A stretch of 40,550 nt of DNA from Catajapyx aquilonaris. Its lineage: Eukaryota. The stretch spans positions 1 through 40,550 of the forward strand of contig JYFJ02003524.1 in the NCBI GenBank assembly GCA_000934665.2. Reading direction: 5' to 3'. The notes beneath the pieces are model-generated. The model was not told the DNA's origin, searched no databases, and worked only from the letters and a program-made list of their open reading frames with translations. The stretch's first letter is position 1, and the number at the start of each line of letters is the position of its first letter. Below, piece after piece: positions 24,488-38,200 of this stretch. Position numbers and translations under genes: made by a program.

Positions 24488-25828
24488 AAATAAAATTCTA
24501 ACGTATGTATTTGGAACAAACTTGCTCAATTGCAAAATATTAAAAACCTCAAGCTCTAACACTAATCGATCATGCTTGATCGGACAGTTAGATACTGCTA
24601 GCCTAGCCTGCTGCTACATAAAGTTGGAAAGCTGCGTTAGTTCTGGGCCTAATATAGAGGCTATGCTGACAATCCGTTTTAAAAGACGTGGAGGTCCGTT
24701 TTTTATTGATATATCAGTAGCAATTACTTTATCACAGAGGTTTTCGTGCTGAAGGTATACCTAGGGGCTACGAGGCATGAGGTAAATATAAATCCAGCCT
24801 GGAAAGGGTTCATTATGGGATCGATGAAATGATATGGTAGGCACCCTCCAACAACACGTTCTCAGGTATCGCCGCCTGAGGCTCTAACAATGCGAGAGAT
24901 CTCTCCAGACAATGACTTATTGCAGAGTGATGTAACAATTGCGGCGTGATAGGGGGTGCGCGCGTAAGAGGTTGCGTCACGCGATCGGGTAATTATCCCT
25001 GGCGCGTCAACCGGAGCTTGTTTTCACGCCACTCCTTCTCAGTCAGTCACTCACTCAATGTACACCACCCCTGGCAATCATTATGCACCACATCATACAC
25101 TTGATCAAATCGACCTCAGGCTTTTTTCAGCGATGTTACACCTAGCTTTCGTTATTAGGACGCCACCCAATTGTTGTTCCAGCTTATAATTTACTATGCA
25201 CTAACTATTCTAGCTTGTAGGCAGTATAAGCTACGTTAATTACAGGTACTGAGTAGTACATTCTATAATAGTATGTGGTAAACTTCTTCAGAGCATGTTT
25301 GAAAAGATACAGTAGGTAGAGAAACTAATACCCGGAGCCTGACAATTTATTGAAATAAATTGAACTTACACAAACATGAGTTACTATTTTCAGTGGCTTC
25401 TGGAGTTGTATATTATCAAAAATTATAATCTGGTAATGATGGGGGATTTAGCAGATGTTTTTAGAAAATCAAAATACCTTAATGGAACATTCACTTTGAA
25501 CATAAATCTGAAAAGCCGTAGTATAAAAAGGCTAACTATTTATGATTCAGGGTGGATTTTCAGCCATCACCGGCATCAGGTAAAGCTTCTACCTCATCTG
25601 TCAGATTTTCATATCATGGCATGTGGATAACACACGTACGTATTTTACGGCCATTTTCATGATGTCTTTCATTAATTAATGGGAGACGACACGAACAACA
25701 AAGGGCAACTTCAATAATTGCCACATGCCAATCGTGGTGTTCGGAGCATCCTGGAGAACACCCTAGTCGTTCTCATAAAGGAATGTTCCCTCTACAATCT
25801 ACATGTACCCTGCTGGGCACACGCTGGG

Positions 25829-25876
25829 CATTAATGGTGGTTTACTGGTGGCGCCACCAGTACGATACCATTAATG
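25829..25876. repeat. 48-bp interrupted palindrome
   Basis: cattaatggt-ggtt-tactggtggc|gccaccagta-cgat-accattaatg. Confidence 0.85.
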
Positions 25877-28800
25877 TACAGCACTGTACAGTCGATCATA
25901 ACTCACAATATTTGAATGTAAGGTAGGCTAAATGCATCTATTTGCAGAGAACTATGCGTTAAGTAGAAAGGAATCTGTGATCAAGGGTAATGATATCCTC
26001 ACACGGCCTAATTACCAAATTGTAGGCAACTGCGATACACTTTATTAAAATCGGAGGGAATCCTAGGAAATGACCCAAGTTGTGCATGAAATGATCAACT
26101 ATTGTGGAGGAAATGGATTGCTCAGGCCTGCAGAACTAATAAGTAAGAAATCTTCGATTTAAAATCCGGCGCAGTTTGTGCCAACTTTATTATCATCCGG
26201 TTATGGACCTGGGTCCTGCTTGTTATGGCTAAACACTTTTCCAAATTAATGGACTTAGCCCGGTTTATTATGGCTCCCGTTCCGTTTACGTTTCCCATCG
26301 GCTCCCACCGGTAGGTGGGCCTATATATTTCTAATATAACACGGATCCGGTTATTTAATGGGGCATTGGACTTTCTGGTGTAATAAGCTCCGGAATTCTA
26401 GGGACGGGCCAGAGGGCTGTTATACGTTTAATGTATCTGCACTTATGACCACTTAGGCCTATCTGTCCTGTCTTATGTTGCATTTGAATTGCATTCAGTT
26501 GCACCGACTTTCGATTACGACCGCATTCAAACAGATATCTTTTTGAAAGTCTTGTCGATGACCACTTGGTTCCAGGCTGCAGCAAATTGTTAAGTGCCAA
26601 GAATCATTGTTATGCTCGCGTTTATGGGGATGTTAAGATGAATTTGCAATGCCTACTTGAATTAGTACAGTTTATACCACTTTTTGGATTACATATCATG
26701 TGGGGAGATTAGACCATATCATAATAGGATTATGTGGGCAAAATTCGCAGTAAATTATTAACGTTAGAATAGGTGCTCTGATAGTAATAAACGTGAATTA
26801 TTTTAAAAAACCATTTACTTACGCACATGTACACAGCGTGTAGCATTGATAATTAATATTGTCCAGTGCACATGGGGCATACTTTCTGCACAAGAATAAG
26901 GTTTTACGAGTATGACTGGTGCGGTGTGCTGGTGTAGACTGTATTTAAGGGGTGCACCAGGGGTAGTATAAGCAGTCCTTGATTTTGACCGAGTCACGTA
27001 GGCTACAGTGCACTGCTAGTGTGAAATACAAGCGGGAGCAATGAATTTAAGGGCTGAGTGGTTACAACCACACAAACACCACTTTCCGTGGCCGGAAACC
27101 ACCCGTTGGGAGTGCGGCGAGTGCTTTTGGCTTACGGACTTGTTTTCCGAGCCGCAAAACTGTTCGGTTATTGGAAAACTTTTCTTGGTCCAGGATGTGA
27201 TCAAGTGCCAGCATGGAATCTCTCGCTGGTATAACGCGGACTCATCAAACTCAACATGTATAAGTGCTATCCAATAGTTATGTCAATGGCGCAAGAAATA
27301 GTTGTTGCAAAGAGCCTCCCGGAGCCTCCTGTGTTACATGACAACCATATTGAATGAATTAGTGGCGCTTTGGAGGATGTTAATCCCTGGGATGATCAGG
27401 CCATAAAATAATGTACATTATTTTGCTTCACATTGTGATGTTCCCCAGTAGATGGCGGGGGTGTCATATGGTGGACCTGGGGGGAGGCTTGTGTTTGTCT
27501 ACAGTCGTAATGCAGCCCTGAGCAAGGCTAAGTCTAATACATAGGTTGCCACCAACTGTATGTTCGAGGACCACGACCACGATACTGAGGTGATCTCTCG
27601 GGGTCAGGAGTGACGGCCAAGGGAAGTAGATCTCACAACATCTATCTTGTTGTATGAGAATTTTCATCCCGAACAACATATTATTTTGTTATGTGTGTGC
27701 TCAGTTCTTCGACTTTACACCCCCCTAAATCGAGAAAGTCATAAAGTTGAGTAGACTAGAGGGAAATGCACATTTCATTTTGCTGTTTCCTCGCCCAAAT
27801 TGAAAATATTTCCTTGGAGTGAGCCTGCATAACAAGCAATAACACATGTTACAATATCTACCGCAAGAAGGCAGCCAGCGGCACAAGGCAAGACTTTAAT
27901 GAATTGCAGTAATTTATAAGGTCAGGTTGATGTGTGATAGGAACAAATTCGAGTTGAAAAGCAGAAGCGGGAGCGTTCTCAGAGAACGGCGTGACGTTTC
28001 TCTTTTCATTACGCGGCCGGGAACGCCTTCCAATAGGCCCTTGTGTCATTTTTATGTAAGCAGCACAGGGAAGGCTATCCGTAGGAAGTGTCCCCCGGAT
28101 TCTTTATAACTGCATAAATCCCGGGGACAACAAAAAAGCGCGCCCTATAACCGTGCGTCCTGCCAAAAAAGAAGAAAAAGAGGCCAAAAAAAGACGAAAG
28201 GCTAGAGGTTTTTTTTTACTGGCACGGTGTTTTGTGGTCTCATGTGCATGTTATATCATGGCGCTGTGACAAATTAAAATTTGAAGCCTTAAAATTGCAA
28301 AGGCGAGAAGGGAAATTCAGCCAAAATGATGTCAGGATACAAGCCGTGTTTACCAGAAAAGGACTCAATGCTTGTGTTTTTTCCATCAGTTTCACCGAGT
28401 GTTATACAAATTGTAATATTACTGCACCATATATGTGACGGTGCACTCCCTGGTGGAATTACTGCGTCAGTTATTATGTCCGAATAAATGGCAACTCCTC
28501 AACCGCAGTTTTTCCGTACACATCATCACTATTATCTGTGGCTGTAATCTTACAGCGGGACATGATGCAGGACACGTGCGCTGCACATTCTGTTAATACC
28601 TGATAAGCCTGTCGCGGTTACCACACTGATTGGACCTATCGGGGACTGCGGTGTGGGCACGACTAATCGAATTATAATCGAAAATTAATTCAGATCTGAT
28701 GTTAATGGCTGATTGTAACTCTTTCGGTTACAGTCTTCTGACACGCAGGGTTGCAGCTGTCAACTATACTGTTGTGAAAGTGGTGAAAAAATGCATTAAC

Positions 28801-30764
28801 CAATGGCGTAAATATAAGTTAATTATACGTCAGAGTAGGCGTATTGTTTGTACGTAAAAATCTGAAAATTGCGCAGATTTTGTTTTTTTAAAGGCATTCC
28901 ATATCATGTAGATTCAAAAGCAAAATGAATATTATGGGACCTAAATTTCCATATTAGGTACATAGCAAGTTTTCAACGAAGGATATGCTTTGCGGCTCTT
29001 GTTTGGTGGATATTTTTCATATGGGCAGGTATTGCAGGAATGAAGTTTATTTTTAACTTTGTTCGGATAACAATACCCTTTTGCTACATATCTGCCATTA
29101 CTCACCAACAAAGTAAATAAGGCCAAAATTATGAACTTACTAGAAAAGCCCGAAAATTAAGTAGTTTAAAGAGTTTATTTTCAGATGTAAGCACGGATTT
29201 ATTCAAAAAATCAGGGTGAAAAGGCTGAGCTTTGATTTTCCCCCTCATCCTGTTGAAACCCCTTTTTTGTTGTTGAGCAAACGGAACCAGTGGACTGGAT
29301 GATCTGTTAACGAGAATAAGGCCTTCCATGTACTGTCGCATTTGAAGTGTGTTCGATAAATTTTTCTACCATCGGGTGCCTAGCAAAAGGTCCTCCGTGT
29401 CAACGTCGGATGGAGCCTTACTTTTTAAAACACAAGCTCTGTGAAATTAATGAGCTGGGAACTCATCGTGTTCTGGTTCATTATTAAATTCATCTGGGTT
29501 AGGAAACATGAAGAGCTGCACTAATTAGGGCGAGATTTAAAGGCTACTGCGACACTGAGTTCAGCCCGTTGCGTTTAGCATTTTGTGTTAATACCAAGAG
29601 TTACGCGTCATCACCGTATTTTTAACCCTGCTTTACCAATATTTCCTACTGTTGGCTTTTTAAACGATGCATCTGTGTGCCCGATGATATAATCAGCTTA
29701 CTACTGAATTACCACACACCGGGTGAGCCAGTGTATCTTAATAATTCTGCTTCAAAACTCTATTAACAGATTCCATCCAGGCTATTTGGCTCACCCTGTA
29801 CATTTTTTGATGCACTGATGGAGAATGAAGGGCTGTGGTGATAGAGACTGGATGGGGAGGAAGAGCTCTCCATCCATCAGGTGAAGCTTGATGAGGCGGG
29901 AAGTAATTAAACCATTTGGCTGCAAACTCAGCCTATTAGCCACGGGAATCTTGCCACACGCATTAGATAAGAATCGGCCTGGGAGAGGAGGGAAACCGCT
30001 TTGCTCTAATACTGCCAGAAAAGGACCCACTGCCTGGGACCCACGATGAATAAAGACGACCTTAAATCAGACAGGTCAAGCTTTAATTCGGGTAGCTGAC
30101 TTACACCCAGATCCTCTTAACCCATATATATCTAGCGTCCTACATATAGGACACCTGTACAAACGTTAGATTTTTAGTTATTGTGCTAGTTCTTCATTTG
30201 TTCATAATAATATTTAAAAGATATGAAAATTATACAAAACAATAATTCAGATACTATTTGATGATAATAATATATAATAATAATATGGCGCTACCCTCTG
30301 TAGAGGTGGTTAAGTGGGCGAAGTTTGGCCAAAATGTAGAGTGACGGAAGCAGCGGTTAGGAGGAGCATGCAACAGCTGGGAGGAAATGGAGCGGGAATT
30401 TGCATTATGGGGTTGTACTACAGTACACAGGAATTGAAGGTCTGCTCACGACTATCAGTTGAGGCCACATTATTCTCCGGACGTGCATGGGAATAATACA
30501 AGGCTGGGAATAAAGGGATCGAACTAAGATCTGAAATTGAATTAATGGAGAATACTCGGAAATGGGGAGGGAAGATAATGTGCAATTCAGTATACTATAG
30601 GAGGAGACACGACGTTGGAGTGGTGCTTTTTTGGCAGCCTTGATAACGCTCATTTTTGTGAATATTGCCCAGTTTCCAACAATTGTATAGTAGTGAGAGC
30701 CAACAATATTGCATTGCTGCGAATTAAAAAGTTTTTTTAATGTTACGAAGACAAAGAAAGTATG

Positions 30765-30771
30765 TAATAAC

Positions 30772-30832
<61 letters not shown>
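30765..30832. repeat. (AAT)n microsatellite
   Basis: About 22 AAT units with one AAC variant. Confidence 0.98.
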
Positions 30833-33800
30833 GTTTTATTAACCTGCAAGGCTTTGTGGGCCCTTGTGCAGTAAAGAAAGTATGTACGATTTATTTCAGA
30901 ATGCTTATAACTTTCATTTCGCGGTAAGCATTTCTGATCCTTATTATTCTGTACTGCCCATAGCTACGATCGGAAATTTATTAGACATCAAATATCGTAT
31001 TAAATTGATTGAAAATATTTGCTCCTCACCTGATTGGTCGGGATATAAAAGCAGGAATAAAATAATCGCAACGACATTGTAACTTTTGCACACCTAGATG
31101 CATTCGAGCATTGCTTATGGTGAGGAGCGATGGGAAAGTTAGTCGCTTGTTGCCAAACTCCACAACACTACCCTTCACACTTTTATCGGAAAATTATGTA
31201 GAACCTTCCATATCTCTCTCCCCCTCTGCAAGGGGGCAAAATTAAATTTTGCTGGCCACTCGGAACACCCCGGACTGACATTTTATTCCTAAACTCCTGT
31301 TATAATTACCTGTAGATGTGAATTCGAATTATTGAAATGTATTACGTATTCTGCCTCGGTACAGGCGTAAGTTTTTTACTTCATGAGGGAACGTGCCCGT
31401 GGCCTTGGTTCGTTTGACAGTTTCAGAAATGTTAACGCAATATTGCCACATGTGTAATTACCACTTAGCTCGGAGTTAACTGAATCTGGCAGTGGTTTTA
31501 GCTCACTCAGAAGTGTTTGCATTTCTCCAATTGAAGGACAGGACTTGTGTGACAATTTTATTGACGAAAATACTTGCATTATTTGCATAAATTTCTGCAG
31601 ATTTTTTAAAGTACCGATACAAAATATGTCTCCAATGTTCTTGGATTTATAGGTTCTGCATTTTAGTTACTGTAGTTGGTGTCTGTATTTCATGCAAGTT
31701 GACAACTTGTGCAAATGAGTGCTCTTTTGCGTGCGATTTTTTGAACCGATGTATATACTTCATACAGTACACTTACACCAAACTCTCACGTTGAAGGGCA
31801 CTTCCTCGTCCACTCGAAAAGTGACATTTTTAAATGCAAGTTAATTATAGCAAGCTTTTACACGCGAATAATGGTGAGGATATTACATGAGCAAAAAGAG
31901 GTATACTGGTACCGGTTTCTGAAAAGCAGCACCTGCTTACCTGTTCATTAAGAACCTCCGCGATATTGAAGTTTTATCTGCTATTTTCTCTTTTTTCTAT
32001 TCAAAGGTTCCCCAGTCTTCATTTTCTTGTTTTTCTTCAGAGCGTGATGTTTCATATTTGCTCTTTTAAAAGTAAAAGGAAAGCTCTGCCATAGCTTAGC
32101 GGCCTCCTTTTTGCTCCTTCTCTTTTTTCCTTGGCCCATTCTATTTTTCCCTTTCCTGTACGTGATCCGCAAGGATTTTTAGAAACGGAAGTTGCGATTT
32201 GGTTGGCGAACGGATTGGCTTTTGAGAGGAGTGGTTGAAAAGAAGGCTTCTTGGCCCAAAGAAATAATATTGAGTCCAAATCGCATAAGAATTTAAGAAT
32301 GTGACCAAGAATAGTATGTTGTCAGTAAGCGGTATATATGTATCTAAAACTAGAAAAAGTGATTTCCTATTTTATAAGACCGTATTTATGATAGGGCCTA
32401 CAGTATACGAGCTTTTAAGCATAAAAGCTAAAGCTCAAGAGGAGCCTTTTCATGTCACACTATAGGATGTTTGTTGGAGGAAGAGCGCAGAAGAGAAGGT
32501 GAGCAGGGCTTGTGTCATATGATTGTGTGTATTGGCTGAATGCAAATTCTGTAGAAGTTATTGAAGCAAGTCATATTTTGATTCGTGTAACGCCATTTAA
32601 GTTTTGATAACGTTAGCAAATATTGAAATAATATGAATCATTCGGTACGTTACACATATAACTGGATATCTTTTATTTTGAATCAAGAGTGACATTGGTC
32701 ACACTCCACTGAAATGGTCATACAGTATTTCAAACTGTATACCTTCTTCTGGGGAGGTTATTGCACACAAAATGAATGTTCATTTTAGGTAATGTAATTC
32801 TCATTTTGAAAATGATAATGTCATCAATAATTCATCTTCAGTTGGACAAATTGCACCTTGAACCCACAGCCCCCATATGCCATTTTTTGGCGTCAAAATC
32901 TAATGAATATCATAGGTAGTTCTGCGTCGGTGTCGTTAGTTTTTTCTCCTTGATTTTCAGAGCACGACTTTCATATTATTCCCCGCTGAGAATTTCGACA
33001 ATTCTGAAATTCGGTTGCGTTCTCAGGCCAAGGAAGGTTCGGGGTCATCCTAGTAGCAAGTCATCAGCAAGATGATCCCTTAGGACCACCTTCACAAGCG
33101 GAAGGGTATAGTCTATATGAACCTATATTTGACACCAACCAAACGCTCTAGACATTTATTTTGGGTGTTTTTTTATCAATAGAAGGACTCAGAATAGGCA
33201 CCAAACCGACAGTTAAGTACGCTTCTCTGTCTATCCTTTGAAACAGTTTTTGTTACAAGCTGGCGCTAGGCTGTCAGTTATTTTTAGAACCGATTGAGCT
33301 TATTTTATTACTGGGGAAATCACTTCCAACTGCCAAAACCTTTGTTTCCCTCTTGGTTTGACTCTCCTTTTCTCTTTTGTTCTTCTTATGAGGCCTGATT
33401 TGCATGTAAAGTGATCCTATGACAATTGAACCGCCCTTTCGTCTCCCCAGCACCACCACCTCCACGTCGGCTACACGACGACGCTCCATTTTATTGCACC
33501 GGAGCCTTCACTATGACAAGTCAGAGTGACAGTGCTCAGGCTTGCTTTTCTTCACCTTACTTGTTCCCAGAGAAATGACCTTGTGGGGTCAGTCATCCCG
33601 CGTTTGAGGAGGAAAGGAATCAAGTATAAGGCTTCGTTCATTGGAGAGGAAGTAGCACCAATTTGCTGACATCTGCTGTAGTCTTGCTCGACTTGGTAAT
33701 CGTCGCAGTTTCCCGTCGACTGAGCCCATGCAGTTGCTGCTTTCATCCGGCTCCATCCCGCCAACCCACGCCTAACTTCACTTCTTGTCGATATCTTCGA

Positions 33801-36800
33801 TTTACCCTCATTTCCGATATTTCTGCTGAGGGCTTCGTGCCAAGGGGAAAAAATAAAGGAGGAAGGGGAGAGATTCTCAAGATGGTAGACACCTTTCTCT
33901 GCCATGTACTGGCTCAGATGGGAGGAAAAAGTCCTAAGGAGACCATCACGTTTGGTTAGGGGGGAATTGGTGTCTCATCATGCACCTTCCCTATTGCAGT
34001 CATGTAGGCCATACCGGAAGAGGGCTGTAGGAGTCAAATATATTCACAATGGCACATTCAGTAACACGGAGAAGTGTTACGATTTGTGTGCTTGCAGGCA
34101 TTTGCCTGGAAAAAATTAAAAGTGTCCACGTTGTGCACAATTATTAATATTTTGTTACTGTGTAAAGTGAGCACTATAAAATATGTAGAAAAATATTAAA
34201 TGCAATAATATTTCAAGGCAGGGCCGATTCTGTAATGGACGTAGCAGCGGTGGTTCAAAATTTTATTAATTGTATAATGTAGGTGCAGCATAAAATTTTG
34301 TACATTTTATGCAAGCGTAGCAAGGGGCTGTGAACATGTCGGTGTAGCCAATAAGGTCGGAATATTTTGCGAACAACCCTGTCATAATATTTACGTGTAT
34401 ATGAATGACACATGAATGCGAGTGTGCGTATTTTCATTTACTTTATGGCGTAAGAAAATATTTGAAAAATAATTTGGCCTTCCCTTCCAATAGGGCTGGG
34501 CAGATGAGGCGCGACCTGAGCGCAGATGTTGTTGATTTCAATAAGTAGCCACGAGGACACTTTGCAATTTGCAGGAGGGGAGGGGAGGGTCGTGAGGAAG
34601 GGGGTGGTGAATTCTACGCGCCGTTTGCAGGAGTCAATATTTGCTAGGCGTCTACATGAGAGGGCAATTTGTGCGGTGCCAACTCCGGAGCATGATTTGA
34701 ATGGCCTCCCAGGGGCTGCTGGTGACAGGGTTGCTCTCTGTCTGACGTCATCAGCCAAAAGTCATTCTTCTTTTCCCGGAGTACTCTCTTCCTCACCCGG
34801 CCCGTACCACTACTCAATTAGGATTCCTATAAAAGGGGGGGGCGCCTTTCCTACGTGCCTAAAAGTTGAGAGCCGAACGCAATTTGAGGGAAAATTTTGG
34901 TTAGACTTGGAAGGGCCTCGAATGCGGAAGAAGCCGGTTTTATACCTGCTTCTTTGGATTATTGGCCGACTCCAGAAATCATATTTACCTAGAAACTGCC
35001 TCTGGGAGAACTTATACTGACGTGTACAATGTGCACTATGCATCTCGCCCTTAGGAAATATCATTGCTGGCTCCGAAATTCGCGCAGAATTTGTGTGTTG
35101 GGGGGTTATACGTCTTGGGCCGAAATGACAAACGACAGCGACGCAATGCGGTCTACTTTATACACGGCTGCGAATGGAAGCACATTCCCCCGAAATGCGA
35201 GTCGTGTCTCGTTGGGTGACTCCCGCAGGACTAGTCTCCTTCCTGATAAGAGACTTCTGATTGATCGCTTGGAACTAGCTGACTCTGTTCTTTTAATCAA
35301 TTTTTCCACTGCATCTGGCCATAAATTTTGGCTGACTATTTTTTTTACTTGCAGAAAGCATCTCCATGACGAAGCTGCTAGCGTTTACAGGCATAAGTTA
35401 AAAGAAAAGCGCTTTGAGGAATGGACACGGGTCCTGCTTTTCTTGTGGGCAAAGGCGCCCTTCCAGAACTGTCCTGTGATAGTCTACTTTTCTGTAAATT
35501 AAATATCGCCTGCAAATTTTCCTGGATCAAACTGAAATATGATCCTGGTTGGTAGGCTACATGATTCTCTTACGTACAGGTTTGAATTGCCTTTCTGATC
35601 ATGTATTATTGTTTTGAGACTGATGATAAAAAGAATAACGCCTCTGCATTCAGCTTTCCTCTCTTCCAATACCATTACATTATTGGGCACCAGTAATTAT
35701 TAGCCTCCAGGTGCTCACTAGGCATACCTGGCGTCAATCACATTTATACCCCTCCAAATTACATTGACTGATCTTTTTCTATGTCTCAATAATTTTTATT
35801 GTCGGCTGTACTTAACATCTGACTCCATTATGATCTAAGCGCACTGCAACATTGGTAGGAACAAATTCTGCGTGTAATTATTAGCTCATTATTGAAAAAA
35901 CTTTTTTGGGGCACTGACGTTGAAATAATTATCTTTGTATGATATGTGCTTCGGGGGTCCATGTGGGTATGAGAGAGAGACCCCAGGTGATCGGAGTGAA
36001 TAACATTATGTTTGAATTTTAATTATCATTGACAATGTTTCCATGTACTGGCTAATGAATGTCATAATATATGTCTAAAGTTTACAATAACCAATATTAT
36101 ATGAATTCCTTTTTGTGGAAATTACTTCTGCTTACCACACAATCATTTCCGATGTTTAATTCAAAGCTATGCATGTATCGGCGATTCCTCTACGTAATAT
36201 AAACACGTCTCAGCCAAGACCAAGTAAATGATGCATTCAAAAGTGTCACACAAATACGTCGGATAGAAAATGTTTGAAGTTTTTCTTCCATAATTTACTA
36301 TATTTTTAGGGCTAATGCATGTATAAATGGCCCTAAAATAATTAAATGAAAATATGGAACATAAGCCAATATGAGTAGGAGAGATCTGGTATTTCCATCC
36401 CTGCACATGGAAAAAAGAAGCGCTTCTTAGAAGGAAGCGGTTCTTTTTCCATCCCTGGGTATTTCACTACAAATGTTATTAAAGGCTTCCTTCCATTATT
36501 GATTTTTCTCTGTGCATGTACCGTATATTTTTGAGTATAAGTAGTTCCTAATAACATTAAGTTATATGAAATAATATTCGATGAAACATGAAACTCACTT
36601 CAAAATATGTTTCATGAGATGTAAATGTATGAGTTAAAGCTCTTGAATTTGCAATTTTTCCGTTCTTGAAATGGCCGTAGAAAGTGCTATAGAGTCTGCC
36701 AGTATTTTATTATATTTTTTACAGAAATCGTAGATGATAACCAAATTTCTTTTGCATAGAGTTGACTGCAATTACTGTTCCATAAAATCAATGATGATTG

Positions 36801-38054
36801 CACAACTTTTCAAAATGGGTATTACCACGGGAAATATAAACGCCCACATGACATTCCTTTTGGAGGTGAACCGGATGTGTCTACCTGATGGTGACCGCGT
36901 CTCGAGTGCATCTACCTCTCCAGTTCAACAGCACCTGAGGCGCTTCCTGATGGAAGGTGGCATTAATTGTGTCGTTGCTATTCCCTGGAGTTTGAAGAAA
37001 TTTTATGGCGGCATGACAGTAGACAGGAGCACTGTCAGGGATGCTCGCAGCGATTTAAAAGACACACAAAACTTGTACCGCAATTCCTAAAATGGTTAGT
37101 TCCACTCAGCCTGTTTCCAGTCTTCAGAATACGCATATGTAACACCATTACCATGAAGTGAGTAGAACCTATATACCCCCCTCTGGATAGCCTAAACATG
37201 AGCCGTGTCCCAATTGCATTGAAGGCGTTGAGATTCCGCCTCTATTTCCTGGGCGAAGATTAGTTTGGAGTTGCAAGACTTTTTAATAAATGGATGGGGG
37301 GTAAAGAGTTTGGGTGCAATTTTCTCGGTTCTGGTGTTGACGAGGCCGGGTCTAAAATTTGGAGGGTCTGTGGCGGTAGTAAAATGGTAATTTCCAATGA
37401 GGAATCCTGAGGGCGAGGGGACGGCACGACCAATTTGGCTTGGAGAGTAAGTTGGGTTGGAGGAGGGCGGGGGGAGGCTAGCTGGGAATGAGTTTTCTGA
37501 GGGGTGGCTGCCATGCTAGGCTACGTACAGCATCGCGCGACTGAGACTCCGTCGCCAGTAATTGACTCCAAGTAGGCTCGGAACTGTCTCCGGTTTTGTG
37601 CTCCGCGGCTTGGAAGACTCTGGCTTGCCAGACACGTCTAGCTGTCGTCCAGGACAAGCTCTTATTGCGCCATCTCAAAGGCAAATTAAACTTTCGCCTC
37701 TTCCACTTCCTTTTTTCCACGCATTTGCATTAATTAATTGGAGGATTATTCCGGGACCGAACTCATTTGCATACGAGGATTCAGCATAACATTTCCAGCC
37801 CGGTATTTTTATGGTCGTCAAACTCGACCCAATGACATGACAATAACGTTGGAACGACTTTAAACGACATTTTTGCTTCCTGGAGGGAAAACATTCCAGT
37901 ATCTTGGTCAATGTACTGTACAAGGGTGCGCAAGGTTTACTCCTCATCTTTGCAGTCTATGCCATTAATTGTTGCTCTAAATTTATAACATTTTGCTGGA
38001 TAATATGAATTAGACTTCAGTGTAGCTCTGTTTTTAAAGTAGTATTTTCGCTAT

Positions 38055-38200
38055 GTACTATGGGGCTCAAATTGTATTGGCCACTTTATCCTGGTCTTGA
38101 AGCAACCCTTCACACACACACCTGCTCAACGCGGGGCTTGTGTGAAGGGTTGCTTCAAGACCAGGATAAAGTGGCCGAAACAATTTGAGCCCCATAGTAC
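38055..38200. repeat. 146-bp hairpin/palindrome (62-bp arms, 22-nt partly paired centre), with degenerate outer extension
   Basis: Arms 38055-38116 and 38139-38200 are 60/62 complementary; about 20 further bp on each side pair imperfectly. Confidence 0.96.

Noticed and set aside
30117..30160. piggyBac-like TTAA-CCC end with a small hairpin
   Set aside because: No matching GGG-TTAA end nearby.
30709..30927. Poly-Asn ORF
   Set aside because: Translation of the (AAT)n microsatellite.
34526..35502. Tandem 164-aa and 157-aa ORFs
   Set aside because: No recognisable domain, composition looks non-coding, and no convincing splice structure.
37545..37565. Gypsy-like primer-binding site (TGGCGAC on the minus strand)
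   Set aside because: No adjacent LTR end, second LTR or gag/pol remnant.
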